Source of the DNA: Vulcanimicrobiota bacterium
Lineage (GTDB): Bacteria > Vulcanimicrobiota > Vulcanimicrobiia > Vulcanimicrobiales > Vulcanimicrobiaceae
Length of the DNA: 64,000 nucleotides
Assembly (NCBI GenBank): GCA_963812155.1
Contig: CAWETW010000001.1
Span: forward strand, 32,001 to 96,000
Reading direction: 5' to 3'
Both the position numbers and the translations under genes were made by a program. Positions 1-10,375 of the stretch are shown here, in pieces (the first letter of the stretch is position 1; every line of letters begins with the position of its first letter). The notes below the pieces were generated by a model. The model did not search any database and was not told the DNA's origin. It worked only from the letters and a program-made list of their open reading frames with translations.

Positions 1-624
1 AGCGCCTTTCGGCAGTTCGTAAAAGACAAAATCGTTGCTTGCGCTGATGCCGTCGACGTAAAGATTGCCGTTTGCATCGTACGTGCAAAAGAAGAAGTGC
101 GCGTCGCGCGTGACTTTATACGTCACGGGCGGATACTTCGGCGCGGCGGGAAAAACGACCACGTTTCCGGGATTGCGATTGCTCGTGCCGCCGCCATACG
201 TCGCTACCGCTAGGTCGCCGCTCGCCGGGTCGACGGAACATCCGCGAGGATTGTTGCCCGCGCCATTGATGGCCGCAAACGGTGTCGTCGCGCCGTGGGC
301 AAACTCGACGACCTCGGTTTCGTGGTCGCTGTATCGCGACGTGGTAAGCCAAACGTTTCCCTTGACGTCCGAGCACACTCCACCGACTTCCGCTTGCAGC
401 GTCAGTTGGCCGGCCGGCATGCCGCCGGGAAACGAAAACATCTCCGCGCCGTCTTCAGCAGTGGCGTACAGCAGACTATGGCGGTTTGGAGCAGATCGGA
501 AGCCCAAAGACGCGGACGACCTCGCGAGAGGCGTGCTCGACGCGGAACCCGCTCCGCCACATGCCGCAAGCGGCCCACATGTGGCGGCAGTAAGTGCGAA
601 CGACAGGAACGATCGTCCGGTCAT
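1..624 (-). CDS. Secreted lipoprotein with beta-propeller-like repeats (runs off the window's left edge; not in the ORF track)
   Basis: Manual minus-strand translation from ATG at 624: MTGRSFLSFALTAATCGPLAACGG (lipobox LAAC)...GVCSDVKGNVW...GCSVDPASGDLAV...FCTYDANGNLYVDG. The ATG overlaps the TGA of the upstream gene (ATGA at 621-624). Confidence 0.75.
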   Translation of the reverse strand, partial: MTGRSFLSFALTAATCGPLAACGGAGSASSTPLARSSASLGFRSAPNRHSLLYATAEDGAEMFSFPGGMPAGQLTLQAEVGGVCSDVKGNVWLTTSRYSDHETEVVEFAHGATTPFAAINGAGNNPRGCSVDPASGDLAVATYGGGTSNRNPGNVVVFPAAPKYPPVTYKVTRDAHFFFCTYDANGNLYVDGISASNDFVFYELPKGA

Positions 625-1622
625 TTTGAGAATACCGCGATGCTTTGGCCCGGACCCCAAACGTTGGAAAACGAGCGTCTCTCTTCGGCGCCGAGCGTGG
701 CGGTTTTCGGATCGTATTCGTAGATGTGGACGGTAGCGACCGGATAAGAGTTGAGCGCGAAGAATTCGCGCTCGTGCGACGCTAGTCCAACTCCGCCGTA
801 TTCGCCCGGGCCCGACGGATAAAAGAGCTTCGGAACGCCGGAACCGTGCGGAAAGACGGCAATCGAATCGTTAAAACTCCCCTTATATCCGTCAATGCTG
901 GTGAGGAGGTCGCCGTTGCGATCCGAGACCAGATAAAACGTGCCTGAAGATTTGCCCAGATTGGCAAAGAGGTGCGCGTGCGTGGAACCGCTGGAAAACT
1001 CGTCGATTGAACCCGTATACGTCGAAGGGGACGACCAAACATCGAAGACGTCGCCCTGCGGGTCGGCGACGAGACCCAAGATGCCATTACCGAAACGCTT
1101 GGCCCGTTCGTCGACGAGCGTTCGCAGAGGCTTCGGGCAAACGTTGCCTTTTGGAAGCGGCTCGGCGTACTCCGCAATCGATGCGCCTTCTCGGGAGAGA
1201 TACAACTTTCCGTTCCTGAGTGCGAGCGTGCCGGCGTGCGGATGCAGCAGACAGGTTGTGCTTGGAACGGTGGAACCGGGAGGAAACTGATAGAGCTTTC
1301 CGTCCCCGTTGTAAAAGAATTTCTCCGCAAAGAGATCGTTCTGCGCATCGACTGCGAGCAATCCAAAGCCCGTGTTACCCTCCGGCCGTATCGTATAGAG
1401 CGGCGACGGAGTCGGCCCGGCCGCTTGTGCGTCAAAAACCTGAATGTAAGGGGCTCGCGACTGTGGTTTACCGCCGAGCGTGTACAGCAGGTTGGGCGGC
1501 AGCGTTCGACCGGCGGTTACGGGAGCACCCGACGTCCCGAGTGAGTGGGGTGCCTTCGCGAAGGGAATCGCGGCGCTGCAGCCGGCGAGAAGCACGAGGG
1601 CGAAGGCGAGCCGCTGTATCAA
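621..1622 (-). CDS. Secreted lipoprotein, NHL/beta-propeller-like
   Basis: Lipobox LLAGC; repeated blades LAVDAQNDLF, LVADPQGDVF, LVSDRNGDLL; 4-bp overlaps with both neighbours. Confidence 0.7.
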   Translation of the reverse strand: MIQRLAFALVLLAGCSAAIPFAKAPHSLGTSGAPVTAGRTLPPNLLYTLGGKPQSRAPYIQVFDAQAAGPTPSPLYTIRPEGNTGFGLLAVDAQNDLFAEKFFYNGDGKLYQFPPGSTVPSTTCLLHPHAGTLALRNGKLYLSREGASIAEYAEPLPKGNVCPKPLRTLVDERAKRFGNGILGLVADPQGDVFDVWSSPSTYTGSIDEFSSGSTHAHLFANLGKSSGTFYLVSDRNGDLLTSIDGYKGSFNDSIAVFPHGSGVPKLFYPSGPGEYGGVGLASHEREFFALNSYPVATVHIYEYDPKTATLGAEERRSFSNVWGPGQSIAVFSK

Positions 1623-2641
1623 CTGTTATTCGGATGGGCGGTCGCGTAGCTGGTTACAGCGGCGTCCACGGCACTTTTATACGTGGAGCCCTTGCCGACG
1701 GCGTGATCGAGCTCGGCCCCGAAGCAGGTGTAGATCGAAAGCGTGAAGACGATTTCGGCGCGGCCGTGCTTGGGAACGTTCTGAGCGAGCGTTCCTCCGG
1801 CGATGGTGTTATTGCGATTCGCGCCGCAGATCGAATCGGCTTGCGCTATGGTTGAGCCCGGCGGCGCCATCGCTACGCGATAGTGGCGCTGCATCGAGAA
1901 AAAGAGTTCGTTGGTTGCGTTGGTGAGATCGGCCGCCGCAAACGGGGCGGTTGCCGTGATCGGCGCGACGATGACACCGCGGTCGGGCTTCACCAGCGGC
2001 GTAGGAGAGGGGCCGGCCGCGCCTTTGTGGTGGAAAACCGAATCGACGATGCTCCCGATGCCGTGAATCTGCATTTGAGCGCCGTTGGTGGAGCTTGGCG
2101 CGGGCGTGTTGGCCGACTGCGTCTGGATGTTCTGCGTTCCGCGACCGACGAACGCGAGAATCTGCGCGCGCGCCAGCAGCGATTGCGATGCCACGTCGGC
2201 GACGCTCTGTACCTGCGCGGTCTGCGAGAAAAGAATGACGCCGCTATCGACGCTGACGACTTGCTCGACGACGGCGGCCGTGTCGCCGACGGGCGTCACG
2301 TAACCGCTAATGTAGAAGTCGGCCTTCTGCGTGCGCGCGGTCTCGAGAAAATCGGTTCGCTTGACGCCGGTGGGGACCGCAAGAACGTTCAGGCCGCCGG
2401 CAGCGGACATCTCCTGTGCCAGGATCGACGCGATCGCGAAGCCGATTTTTGCGTCGACGCCGGTCTGAACGTCGAACGGGTAGATGAGTACGGTCGCCGT
2501 TGCGGCGCTGTTCGGCGCGACGAACGGTGTCGGAGAAACTCTGGGGGCGGGCGTCGCGGGCGTCGGCGTAGGCGGTGCGGCCGCAGCCGACAGTGCCGTC
2601 GCCGCAAGCAAGAGTGCAATCGTCCCTAGAAGCCGCCGCAC
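1619..2641 (-). CDS. Secreted hypothetical protein, possibly CsgG/TolB-N-like alpha/beta domains
   Basis: Signal peptide, Pro/Thr linker, then VLIYPFDV...ADFYISGYV pattern; second lobe starts VIVAPIT. Confidence 0.6.
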   Translation of the reverse strand: MRRLLGTIALLLAATALSAAAAPPTPTPATPAPRVSPTPFVAPNSAATATVLIYPFDVQTGVDAKIGFAIASILAQEMSAAGGLNVLAVPTGVKRTDFLETARTQKADFYISGYVTPVGDTAAVVEQVVSVDSGVILFSQTAQVQSVADVASQSLLARAQILAFVGRGTQNIQTQSANTPAPSSTNGAQMQIHGIGSIVDSVFHHKGAAGPSPTPLVKPDRGVIVAPITATAPFAAADLTNATNELFFSMQRHYRVAMAPPGSTIAQADSICGANRNNTIAGGTLAQNVPKHGRAEIVFTLSIYTCFGAELDHAVGKGSTYKSAVDAAVTSYATAHPNNS

Positions 2642-2699
2642 GAACCGTCCTTTCGAGAATCCATCCGGCCGCTATTCGCTGAGCCGGCTGGCGTATCCG

Positions 2700-3491
2700 T
2701 CAGCGCCGCGAGCTCGACGCCGCGCCGTATTCCGCGCCGAAGAGAAAAATCGAGCCGATGAAGTAAAACCAGAGGAGCAGAACGAGCGGCGCGGTGAGGG
2801 CGCCGTAGATGCGTGTAAAGTCGACGTGCGTGACGTACTGCGCGAAGGCCACTTGCACGACCGGCCACGCCACGGCGACGACGCCGGCGCCGCGAAACGC
2901 GTAGCCCCACGTGACGGAACGGTTGGGCAGCCAGCGATAGAGTACGACCGTCACGATGAAAACGAGTGCCATCGAAACGGCGTAGGCCAGCACGTGCGAG
3001 ATTGCATCGGGCTCGGCAACGCCGCCGATGCGGGCAACGACCGAGAACAGTGCGGGCAGCGCGATCGCGACGATCAGCGCGACGCCGACGACCGGCAACA
3101 TGACGATCGACAGGGCCACGTTATGGACGAGCGGGCGCCCTTTGGGAACGCCCAGCGCGCGATCGAGCGCGAATGCAAGCGCCATGAAGAGGTTCTTCCC
3201 CGACCATAGCAGGACGAGCAGCGCAATCGCGCTGGAGATGCCGCGTCCGTAGATGTACGTTTCGAGGTTCGCGGCGACGTAGTCGTGCAGCGTCGGCGAG
3301 AACGTGTCGAAGAAGGCGAGCATGCGATGCTGGGCCGAGGGCAACACGAGGGTCGCCGCGCTCAGCACCAGGACGCAGAGCGGAAACATCGCAAACAGCG
3401 CATTGAAGGCGATCGCTTGCGCGAGAAAAGCGCAGCCATCGCGGGAGAAGCGCAGCACGGCGTCGCGAAAGGCGGAAATGAATCGCCCCAT
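2700..3491 (-). CDS. YihY/BrkB family membrane protein
   Basis: AQAIAFNALFAMFP, LYRWLPN and YGALTAPLVLLLWFY...FLFGAE motifs; about 6 TM segments. Confidence 0.9.
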   Translation of the reverse strand: MGRFISAFRDAVLRFSRDGCAFLAQAIAFNALFAMFPLCVLVLSAATLVLPSAQHRMLAFFDTFSPTLHDYVAANLETYIYGRGISSAIALLVLLWSGKNLFMALAFALDRALGVPKGRPLVHNVALSIVMLPVVGVALIVAIALPALFSVVARIGGVAEPDAISHVLAYAVSMALVFIVTVVLYRWLPNRSVTWGYAFRGAGVVAVAWPVVQVAFAQYVTHVDFTRIYGALTAPLVLLLWFYFIGSIFLFGAEYGAASSSRR

Positions 3492-3513
3492 TCGACGCGG
3501 TATATCGTGCCGG

Positions 3514-3981
3514 GTGCTCGTATTCCCACCGGCTGCGGCGGTGACGGTGGCGCTCGACGGCCGTCCGGTAGCCGCGTACGTTCGAGCGCAGCTCGCAGGC
3601 GGTCGCGTTTACGCTCCATTGAGCCTGCTGCGAACGCTGGTCGACCGTTTATGGATCGAAGGCGGTGCGGTGTTCGTCGAGAGCGCCGGGCGGCGCGCTC
3701 GCGTTCCGCTCGAGGTGCGATTTTCCGACGACGGCGTCATCGGCGTGGAAGTGGCTCCCGTTTTGCGCGCGTTGGGCGACTCCGTGTACTATTGGGCGCC
3801 GTCGCGCACCCTAGAAGTACGCACGCCGCCGCCGCTGCCGGTGGCGCCGGGCCAACCGTTGCAAACAACGGTCGCTCCGCGCGAAGTCTTCACGCCGGAG
3901 CCGCGCGCAACCGTGCGGCCGGTGTGGAGCGGATCGCCGCAGCCGAGGCGAACGCCGCTGCCGGCGCCCCCATCAGGTTAA
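3514..3981 (+). CDS. Copper amine oxidase N-terminal (stalk)-like domain protein
   Basis: VALDGR...GRVYAPL...LRALGDSVYYW..RTLEV pattern. Start moved to GTG 3514 to avoid overlap with yihY; start uncertain. Confidence 0.55.
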   Translation: MLVFPPAAAVTVALDGRPVAAYVRAQLAGGRVYAPLSLLRTLVDRLWIEGGAVFVESAGRRARVPLEVRFSDDGVIGVEVAPVLRALGDSVYYWAPSRTLEVRTPPPLPVAPGQPLQTTVAPREVFTPEPRATVRPVWSGSPQPRRTPLPAPPSG

Positions 3982-4949
3982 CGAGGCGGCGCCGAAACGA
4001 GGTCTTGCGCGAGAACGAAGGTAATGCCGTCGGCTTGCAGTTCCGGAATCATCGCGCGCACGGCTGCGAGCGTCGTAGGGCGCGGATGCCCAATTGCAAT
4101 CGCGCTTCCGGTACGTCGCGCAATTGCGGCAGCCTCGCGTAACTGGGCTTCGGTATACGCGACCGACTCTTGGTTGTCGAGAAAGACGTCGCGTGCTGCG
4201 GTTGGAACGCCCGCCGCTTGGGCCGTCTGCTCGCCGAGCGACGATGGGCTCGTTCGTGAATCGATGAAGAAGAGATCGCCACGCTTGGCCAACACGCCGA
4301 TGACGTCGTGCATCACGCGTGAATCGGCAGAACCCTTGCTACCCTCGTGATTGTTCACGCCGCGCGCCAACGGCACTTGATCGAGATCGCTCTCCACTTG
4401 CGTCGTGATTTGCGCGTCGGACATTTCGGTCGTAACCTTTCCAGGGCCCGGATTCAGGCCGGAAATCGTCTCCATCGGAAGATGAAGCATGACGCCTTTT
4501 CCCGCGTCGGCCGCTTCGCGCGCAATCGTCCCGGTATAGTGCACGTCCGGCAGCACCGAAACCGTCAGCGGGACGTCGAGCGCGACGAAACCGCGCTCGG
4601 TATCGATCCACTGCCCGCAATCATCAACGATTAAGGCGAGGCGCGGGCCGCCGGATGCACCCGCAGCGGGTGTCACGCGCTGCAGCGGTGATGGGGACGG
4701 GGAGGGTATCGCCGGCGATTCGCTGGGAACGGCGGACGGCGCTTCGGTGAGCGCCGGCACCGGCGTCTCTTCCACTGCCGGCGACGGCGGCGCAATACTC
4801 TCCTGCGCCTGGCTACCAACGACGGTTTGCGTGGGCGGATGCTTGGCACGCGGGGCGAGCAGCCACCAGGCGGCTACGACCGCAAATGCAAGCACTGCAA
4901 GCAATCCAAGCGGCGACCGCCCGCGGCGCGCACGCGACGATTTCGGCAC
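3978..4949 (-). CDS. Divergent polysaccharide deacetylase family protein
   Basis: LALIVDDCG, MLHLPME, GVNNHEGS, FFIDSRT, RDVFLD, IAIGHP motifs; N-terminal TM and Pro-rich linker. Confidence 0.92.
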   Translation of the reverse strand: MPKSSRARRGRSPLGLLAVLAFAVVAAWWLLAPRAKHPPTQTVVGSQAQESIAPPSPAVEETPVPALTEAPSAVPSESPAIPSPSPSPLQRVTPAAGASGGPRLALIVDDCGQWIDTERGFVALDVPLTVSVLPDVHYTGTIAREAADAGKGVMLHLPMETISGLNPGPGKVTTEMSDAQITTQVESDLDQVPLARGVNNHEGSKGSADSRVMHDVIGVLAKRGDLFFIDSRTSPSSLGEQTAQAAGVPTAARDVFLDNQESVAYTEAQLREAAAIARRTGSAIAIGHPRPTTLAAVRAMIPELQADGITFVLAQDLVSAPPR

Positions 4950-5029
4950 GAGCGCTCATTCGGCGCCCTCGCATGCCTTCATCCCGCGGCGCGAAGGAGA
5001 GCGCGACGGAGCGCAGCAAAGCGGGTCGT

Positions 5030-5920
5030 GTGAAATCCATCTGGGCCATCGTCTTCGCATCGTTCGTCGCGGTTGCGTTTGTGGGGGCGCCCCGCGAACC
5101 AGTCGCGGCGAGCCCAGCGGCGACACCCGTTCCGCTGCCCTCTCCCGATCGTTTACTCTATCTCATCCGGCGACAATTCCGTTCGCATCGTCCGCCGCCG
5201 CCGTTCGTGACGTATACGTTGATTCGCAAACAAACGCTCGACGACGGCTTCCCCGATTTGGTGAACAGTTACACCTACCATGTTTGGTGCCGCACCTACG
5301 ATCGCGCGGCGCTCGGGCGCAAAGTCTACCGCGGCTCCGCTCGCGGAACGCTGGAGTTCTTGCGGCCCTCATTCAACGAGCCGTGGGACCCCGGGCCGCC
5401 GACCGCCGATTTGTTCGAATCGGCGCCCGTGAGACCCCACACGAACCCGCAAACCTTCGTACCGACGCCTGAACCCACCGGCAGCGTGCCGCCCCTGATC
5501 GCGAGCGTCAGCGTCATGGGCGAGTTCGACTATCGCATCACCAACATCGCCACGCAGGGAAGCGTCACGCACGTATCGCTGGTGCCGCGCCGCGACCCCG
5601 ATCGCAATCGCCTGCGCGAACTTTTCGTCGACTCGAAGACCTTGGAACTGCAACAAGTCGTCGCTACCGATAAACTCTACGACGAGGACAGCCACCACGT
5701 GTATCCGATGATGTTTACCGTGACGATGGGTTCGCTGCAGGGCATTCCGGTCGTAACGCACATTCACGGAACGCCGACGTTAGAAAGCGATGCCGACTAT
5801 CTCGGAAAGGATGCGACGGTCGATTACGATTTCAACGACGTCGTCTTCCCTGCGGCGCTCCCGGCGTGGTTTTTCGAACCGCGTTCGTACGCATCGCACG
5901 TAGACGATCCGCCCAGCTGA
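5030..5920 (+). CDS. Secreted hypothetical protein, possibly LolA-like fold
   Basis: GTG start at 5030 followed by a signal peptide; LVPRRDPDRNRLRELFVDSKT motif; beta-rich. Confidence 0.6.
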   Translation: MKSIWAIVFASFVAVAFVGAPREPVAASPAATPVPLPSPDRLLYLIRRQFRSHRPPPPFVTYTLIRKQTLDDGFPDLVNSYTYHVWCRTYDRAALGRKVYRGSARGTLEFLRPSFNEPWDPGPPTADLFESAPVRPHTNPQTFVPTPEPTGSVPPLIASVSVMGEFDYRITNIATQGSVTHVSLVPRRDPDRNRLRELFVDSKTLELQQVVATDKLYDEDSHHVYPMMFTVTMGSLQGIPVVTHIHGTPTLESDADYLGKDATVDYDFNDVVFPAALPAWFFEPRSYASHVDDPPS

Positions 5921-5938
5921 CGCGCAAAAACCCGATCG

Positions 5939-6548
5939 ATGCCGCTGCAAAATCGGGTAACGCCGTTCGGGGAAGTCGTCGCGCTGCCCGGGCGTGGGAC
6001 GATCATGGGAAACCGCGGTATCCTGCACGACGATGCGCGGCGCGTCGTGCGTCAATTTCAAGTGCGGCGCTGGATTGCGTGCCGTTTAGAGTGGCGCGGT
6101 CGCAAGCGCGCCGGTCATGGCGCCGCACCGCTACACCGAGTTGTTCTTCCTCGACGAAGCTGCGGCGTTCGCCGCCGGGCATCGTCCGTGTGCCGAGTGC
6201 CGGCGCGAAGACTACCGTTCGTTTTGCCGGCTGTGGGAAGGGTCGCGGTGCGGAGTGCCCGCCGCAGATGCGATCGATCTCGCGTTGCACGCGGAACGGT
6301 TGGACGGCCGCCGTAAACGGACGCATCGCGCTGCGTTCGCCGGTTTGCCGGACGGAACGTACGTCGCACCGGACGGACGGCCGTGGCTGGTGTGGGGCGA
6401 CGCGTTGCGCCTGTGGTCGGGGAACGCTTACGTCGAAACGGCGGCGCGTCCGCATGCCGGCGATGTGGAGGTGCTGACTCCGCCCTCAATCGTGCGCGTG
6501 TTTTCCGCCGGGTACCGTCCGGCCATTCATGTCAGCGCGCCGGCATAA
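5939..6548 (+). CDS. Conserved hypothetical metal-binding protein, frameshift near 6110
   Basis: Two ORFs join: MPLQNRVTPFG...MGNRGILH...WIACRL (5939-) and YTELFFLDEAAAFAAGHRPCAECRR...VLTPPS (6117-6548). Confidence 0.7.
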
Positions 6549-6593
6549 GTCCGCATGAGGTAGTCGCACCGGCTCGCGGCGGTATCGGCAGGC

Positions 6594-7217
6594 ATGACCT
6601 GGAGTGCGGTGCTCGATATCGTCTTTCCGCCGCAATGCGCCGGGTGCAACGCGCTCGGCAGCGGCTTGTGCCGCGTCTGCGCGCCACTTTCCGGTACCGC
6701 GATCCGTCTGGGTCTTCCGCACGTTGACGTCAGGGCGTACGGCAGGTATGAAGGCGTCGTGCGTTCGGCGATCTTGGCGTTAAAAGACGGACGGCGCGAC
6801 GTGGCCGACGCGCTGGGAGAACGCATCGCGCCGCTCGTCGCATCGCAAGCGTTGCTCGTTCCGGTGCCCACGACTGCGAGGCGCATTCGCGTGCGCGGCA
6901 TGGATGGCGTCGCGCTGCTCGCGTGCCGCGCGGCAGAGATTGCCGGGGCAACGGTCGTCGCGGCGATGCGCCAGCGGGCGGGGGACGCGCAGCGCGGGCG
7001 AACTCGCGAGGAACGTCTGGCCGCGCGCGGACGCTTCGTCTGCGACGCATCGCTGATCGCACGCCGCCGCGTCGTGTTGATCGACGACGTCTGCACGACG
7101 GGCGCAACGCTCGCCGATTGCCGCCAGGCGGTCGTCGATTCAGGCGGATTCGTCGCAGGGGCCGTGGTTGCGGCCGCGACGAAAAGCGGGGCCTCGTGGA
7201 TGTCCCTGCCCGACTGA
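6594..7217 (+). CDS. comF: ComF family protein (zinc ribbon + phosphoribosyltransferase domain)
   Basis: FPPQCAGC...LCRVC, LVPVP, PRPP-binding VLIDDVCTTGATL. Confidence 0.9.
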   Translation: MTWSAVLDIVFPPQCAGCNALGSGLCRVCAPLSGTAIRLGLPHVDVRAYGRYEGVVRSAILALKDGRRDVADALGERIAPLVASQALLVPVPTTARRIRVRGMDGVALLACRAAEIAGATVVAAMRQRAGDAQRGRTREERLAARGRFVCDASLIARRRVVLIDDVCTTGATLADCRQAVVDSGGFVAGAVVAAATKSGASWMSLPD

Positions 7218-8309
7218 CCGCGCGCGACCTCCTCTATTTAGAGCGCGCCTACGAGCTCGCCGCGCGCGGCACCGGTAGCACCGCACCCAACCCGCCGGTC
7301 GGAGCGGTCGTGGTGCGCGACGGCGCCATCCTGGGTGAGGGCTACCATCGGCGCGCCGGGTGCGCGCACGGCGAAATCGTTGCGCTCGAGCGGGCCGGGG
7401 CGGCGGCACGCGGAGCCACGCTGTACGTATCGCTCGAACCGTGCGTTCGACGCCGGGCGCGTGCCGGCGTGCGCGCCGCGCGTGATCGACGCCGGGATCG
7501 CGCGCGTCGTTTGCGGCGTCGTCGATCCCAATCCCGCAAATGACGGCCGGGGCATCGCGTATCTTCGCGAGCGGGGAGTGGACGTCTCCGTCGCCGGGGA
7601 CGCACGCGCGCGCGAACTCATCGAACTCTTCACCGGCTCGATCGCCTCGACGCGCCCGTATCTCGCGTTGAAGATGGCGATGTCGCTCGACGGCGCGATT
7701 GCGTCGCGTTCGGGCGTGCGCGAACAGCTCGGGTCGGAAGCCGAGCGGCTTTACGTGCGCGATCTGCGAATTGCCTACGACGCCGTGATGGTGGGTGCCG
7801 GAACCGTCCGTGTCGACGACCCGCAGTTGACCGTACGTCCGCACCACGACCGTCTGCGGCCCTATGTGCGCGTCGTCGCGTGCGAAACCGAAACCATTGC
7901 GGCCTCGAGCCGCGTTCTCGCTGCGGTGGATGGATATTCGCCGACGATCGTGCTGGCCCCGGCCGGCCTGCGCCGGCGGTTCGAGAATGTATCCGGTGCG
8001 GCCGACGTCAAGTTCGTCGGAAGCGCCGAGAGCACGCATCTCGACCTTCGCAGCGCGATGGAGACGCTGCGCGAGGCCGGCGTCTACAGCGTGCTCTGCG
8101 AGGGCGGCCCGACGCTGGGAGCGCGGTTGATCGTGGACGGCCTCGTCGAACGCTTTTACTGGGCGATCGCACCGCGGCTGATCCGAAGTGAAACTGCCGT
8201 TCCAGTTTTGGCCGGCGTCGATTTTGCGACCGTGCACCCGCGCCTGCAGTTCGATCGCGCGCACCGCGTCGGCGACGACGTCGTTATTTCGGGACGATTC
8301 GTTGTTTAG
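7196..8309 (+). CDS. ribD: Riboflavin deaminase/reductase RibD, frameshift near 7450
   Basis: PNPPVGAVVV, AHGEIVAL, YVSLEPC in ORF 6923; LKMAMSLDG, VGAGTVRVDDPQLT, VLCEGGPTL in ORF 7335. Confidence 0.92.
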
Positions 8310-8892
8310 CGGGATTGTAGCGCATCGCGGCGTCGTGGTGGCAAACGACGCACTGTCCGGCGGCGGAGCCCGGCTGTGCGTACGCTGCGATGCCGCCGCG
8401 GATGAAGGCGTCGAGCCGAAGGATTCGGTCGCGATCGACGGCGTCTGCCTCACCGTGACGAATGTCGATTCCGGCTTGCTCGGCTTCGACGTCGTGCCGG
8501 AAACGCTGGCGCGCAGCACGCTCGGCGACCGCGTGCCGGGCGACCGCGTGAATCTCGAGTTTGCGGTCCGGGCCGGCGACCGTATCGGCGGCCACTTCGT
8601 CTACGGGCACGTCGACGCGGTCGCGCGCGTGCTCGCTCGCGCACCCGAAGGACAAGGCGAGCGCGTGCGCTTCGAACTTCCCGCGGCACTCGCGTTCGGA
8701 ATCGTCGAGAAGGCATTCGTGGCGATCGACGGCGTGAGCCTCACGGTGGCCGCGGCCGGCGACGACTGGTTCGAGGTCGCGGTGATTCCCGAAACGCTCG
8801 CGCGCACGACGCTCGGCGAACGCGCCTCCGGCGGCATGGTAAACCTCGAAATCGATCCGATCGCACGCTACGCAGCCGGCAGACGAACGTGA
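8302..8892 (+). CDS. ribE: Riboflavin synthase (alpha chain)
   Basis: TTG start giving (M)FSGIV; SVAIDGVCLTV, VNLE, GGHFVYGHVD, IDGVSLTV, IPETL. Confidence 0.95.
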   Translation: MFSGIVAHRGVVVANDALSGGGARLCVRCDAAADEGVEPKDSVAIDGVCLTVTNVDSGLLGFDVVPETLARSTLGDRVPGDRVNLEFAVRAGDRIGGHFVYGHVDAVARVLARAPEGQGERVRFELPAALAFGIVEKAFVAIDGVSLTVAAAGDDWFEVAVIPETLARTTLGERASGGMVNLEIDPIARYAAGRRT

Positions 8893-9344
8893 GGTACCGA
8901 GAGGCGCTCGCGCCCGGAGCGCGCGTCTTCGAGTCGCGCGTGCGCGCACAATGGTGCGACGTCGACGTCGCGGGCATCGTCTATTTCGGTGCGTACTGGC
9001 GGTTCGTCGAACGCGCCGAGATGGATTTCTTCCGCGATCTCGGGTTTGCGTACGATCGCGTCTTCGAAGAGTACGATTTTTGGCTGCCGCGCGTCCGCTG
9101 CGAAGCCGAATACCACGCGCCGGCGCTGATGGACGACTGGCTGCGGCTGCGAACGCACGTCGAGCACGTCGGCGCGTCGAGCCTGCGCTGGCGAACCGTC
9201 GTGTTCAACGAACGCACGGGGGAGCCGGGCGCGCAGTTCGCTTTGACCGTCGCGTGCATCGATCGGGAGCGGAAGAAGAGCCGCCCGCTGCCCGAAGTTT
9301 TTCGCACGGCGCTGGCGGCGTGCGTGGCGCCGGCGACGCCATGA
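8889..9344 (+). CDS. Acyl-CoA thioesterase (4HBT/YbgC hot-dog family)
   Basis: DVDVAGIVYFGAYWRFVERA motif; GTGA overlap with ribE. Confidence 0.88.
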   Translation: MRYREALAPGARVFESRVRAQWCDVDVAGIVYFGAYWRFVERAEMDFFRDLGFAYDRVFEEYDFWLPRVRCEAEYHAPALMDDWLRLRTHVEHVGASSLRWRTVVFNERTGEPGAQFALTVACIDRERKKSRPLPEVFRTALAACVAPATP

Positions 9345-10375
9345 GCGCGACCGTGTCCCGCGTTGCTACGCTGGTGGCGCCGCGACGCATCGAGTTGCGG
9401 GAGGAAGCCGTGCCCGCGGCGCCCGACGGGGGCATGGTCGTTCGCGTCCGCGCCGCGCTCACCGACGGCACGGACCTCAAAGCATATCGCCGCGGGCATC
9501 CGAAGATGCCGATGCCCACGCGCTTCGGGCACGAGTTTTCCGGCGACGTCGTTGCAACCGGCGCCGGTGTCGAGCACGTGCGCCCGGGTGACGCGGTGAT
9601 GTGCACGCATACCGCGCCCTGCGGACGGTGCTTTTGGTGCCAACGCGATGAAGGGGAACTGTGCGAGCGCGTGATGCCCGACATGCTGCTCGGCGCGTAC
9701 GCCGATTACATCGCGGTGCCGGCACGCGTCGTCGCGGTCAACTGCTTTTCCAAGCCGGCCGGTGTATCGTATCCAGAGGCCGCGTTTCTCGAACCGCTGT
9801 CGTGCGTCGTCCATTCGATCGCGTTATTGGCACCGCGCAAAGGCGCGACGGTCGCCGTGATCGGCAGCGGCGCGTTCGGGATCCTGCACGCGCTGCTGCT
9901 GAAGCGCGAGGGTGTCCGCCCATTGCTGATTGGGCGCAGCCCCGAGCGCGCGGAACTGGCGCGAACGCTGGGAATCGAAACCGTCGAAGCCGACGCCCTC
10001 GCGGCAAACGACGCGCTCTTGGCGCACACGCACGGGCGCGGCGCCGACGCCGTCGTCGAATGCACGGGTAACGCGCAGGTCTGGGAGCGCGCGCCGGACT
10101 GGGTGCGCCGCGGCGGAACGGTGTCGTTTTTCGGCGGATTGCCGGAGGATGCGCGCGTCTCGTTTGTCGCGTCGCGCCTGCACTACGACGAGATTCGGCT
10201 GATGAGCCCGTTTCATTTTACGCCGCGCGACGTCCGGCGGGCGTACGACCTGATTTCGTCGCAGGCGTTGCCGCTGATGCGTTTGATAACGCGGATTTGT
10301 CGGCTCGAGGACATCGCATCGGCGTTCGAGGATCTCGATGCGGGAGTCGGCATGAAGGTGCTGTTCGAACCGTGA
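9341..10375 (+). CDS. Zinc-binding (MDR) alcohol/polyol dehydrogenase
   Basis: ATG 9341; GHEFSG, CGRCFWC..C, EPLSC, GSGAFG. Confidence 0.88.
   Translation: MSATVSRVATLVAPRRIELREEAVPAAPDGGMVVRVRAALTDGTDLKAYRRGHPKMPMPTRFGHEFSGDVVATGAGVEHVRPGDAVMCTHTAPCGRCFWCQRDEGELCERVMPDMLLGAYADYIAVPARVVAVNCFSKPAGVSYPEAAFLEPLSCVVHSIALLAPRKGATVAVIGSGAFGILHALLLKREGVRPLLIGRSPERAELARTLGIETVEADALAANDALLAHTHGRGADAVVECTGNAQVWERAPDWVRRGGTVSFFGGLPEDARVSFVASRLHYDEIRLMSPFHFTPRDVRRAYDLISSQALPLMRLITRICRLEDIASAFEDLDAGVGMKVLFEP

Noticed and set aside
65..736. Plus-strand ORFs 65-736 and 295-723
   Set aside because: Shadow ORFs of a minus-strand lipoprotein gene starting at 624, which the track omits because its stop lies outside the window.
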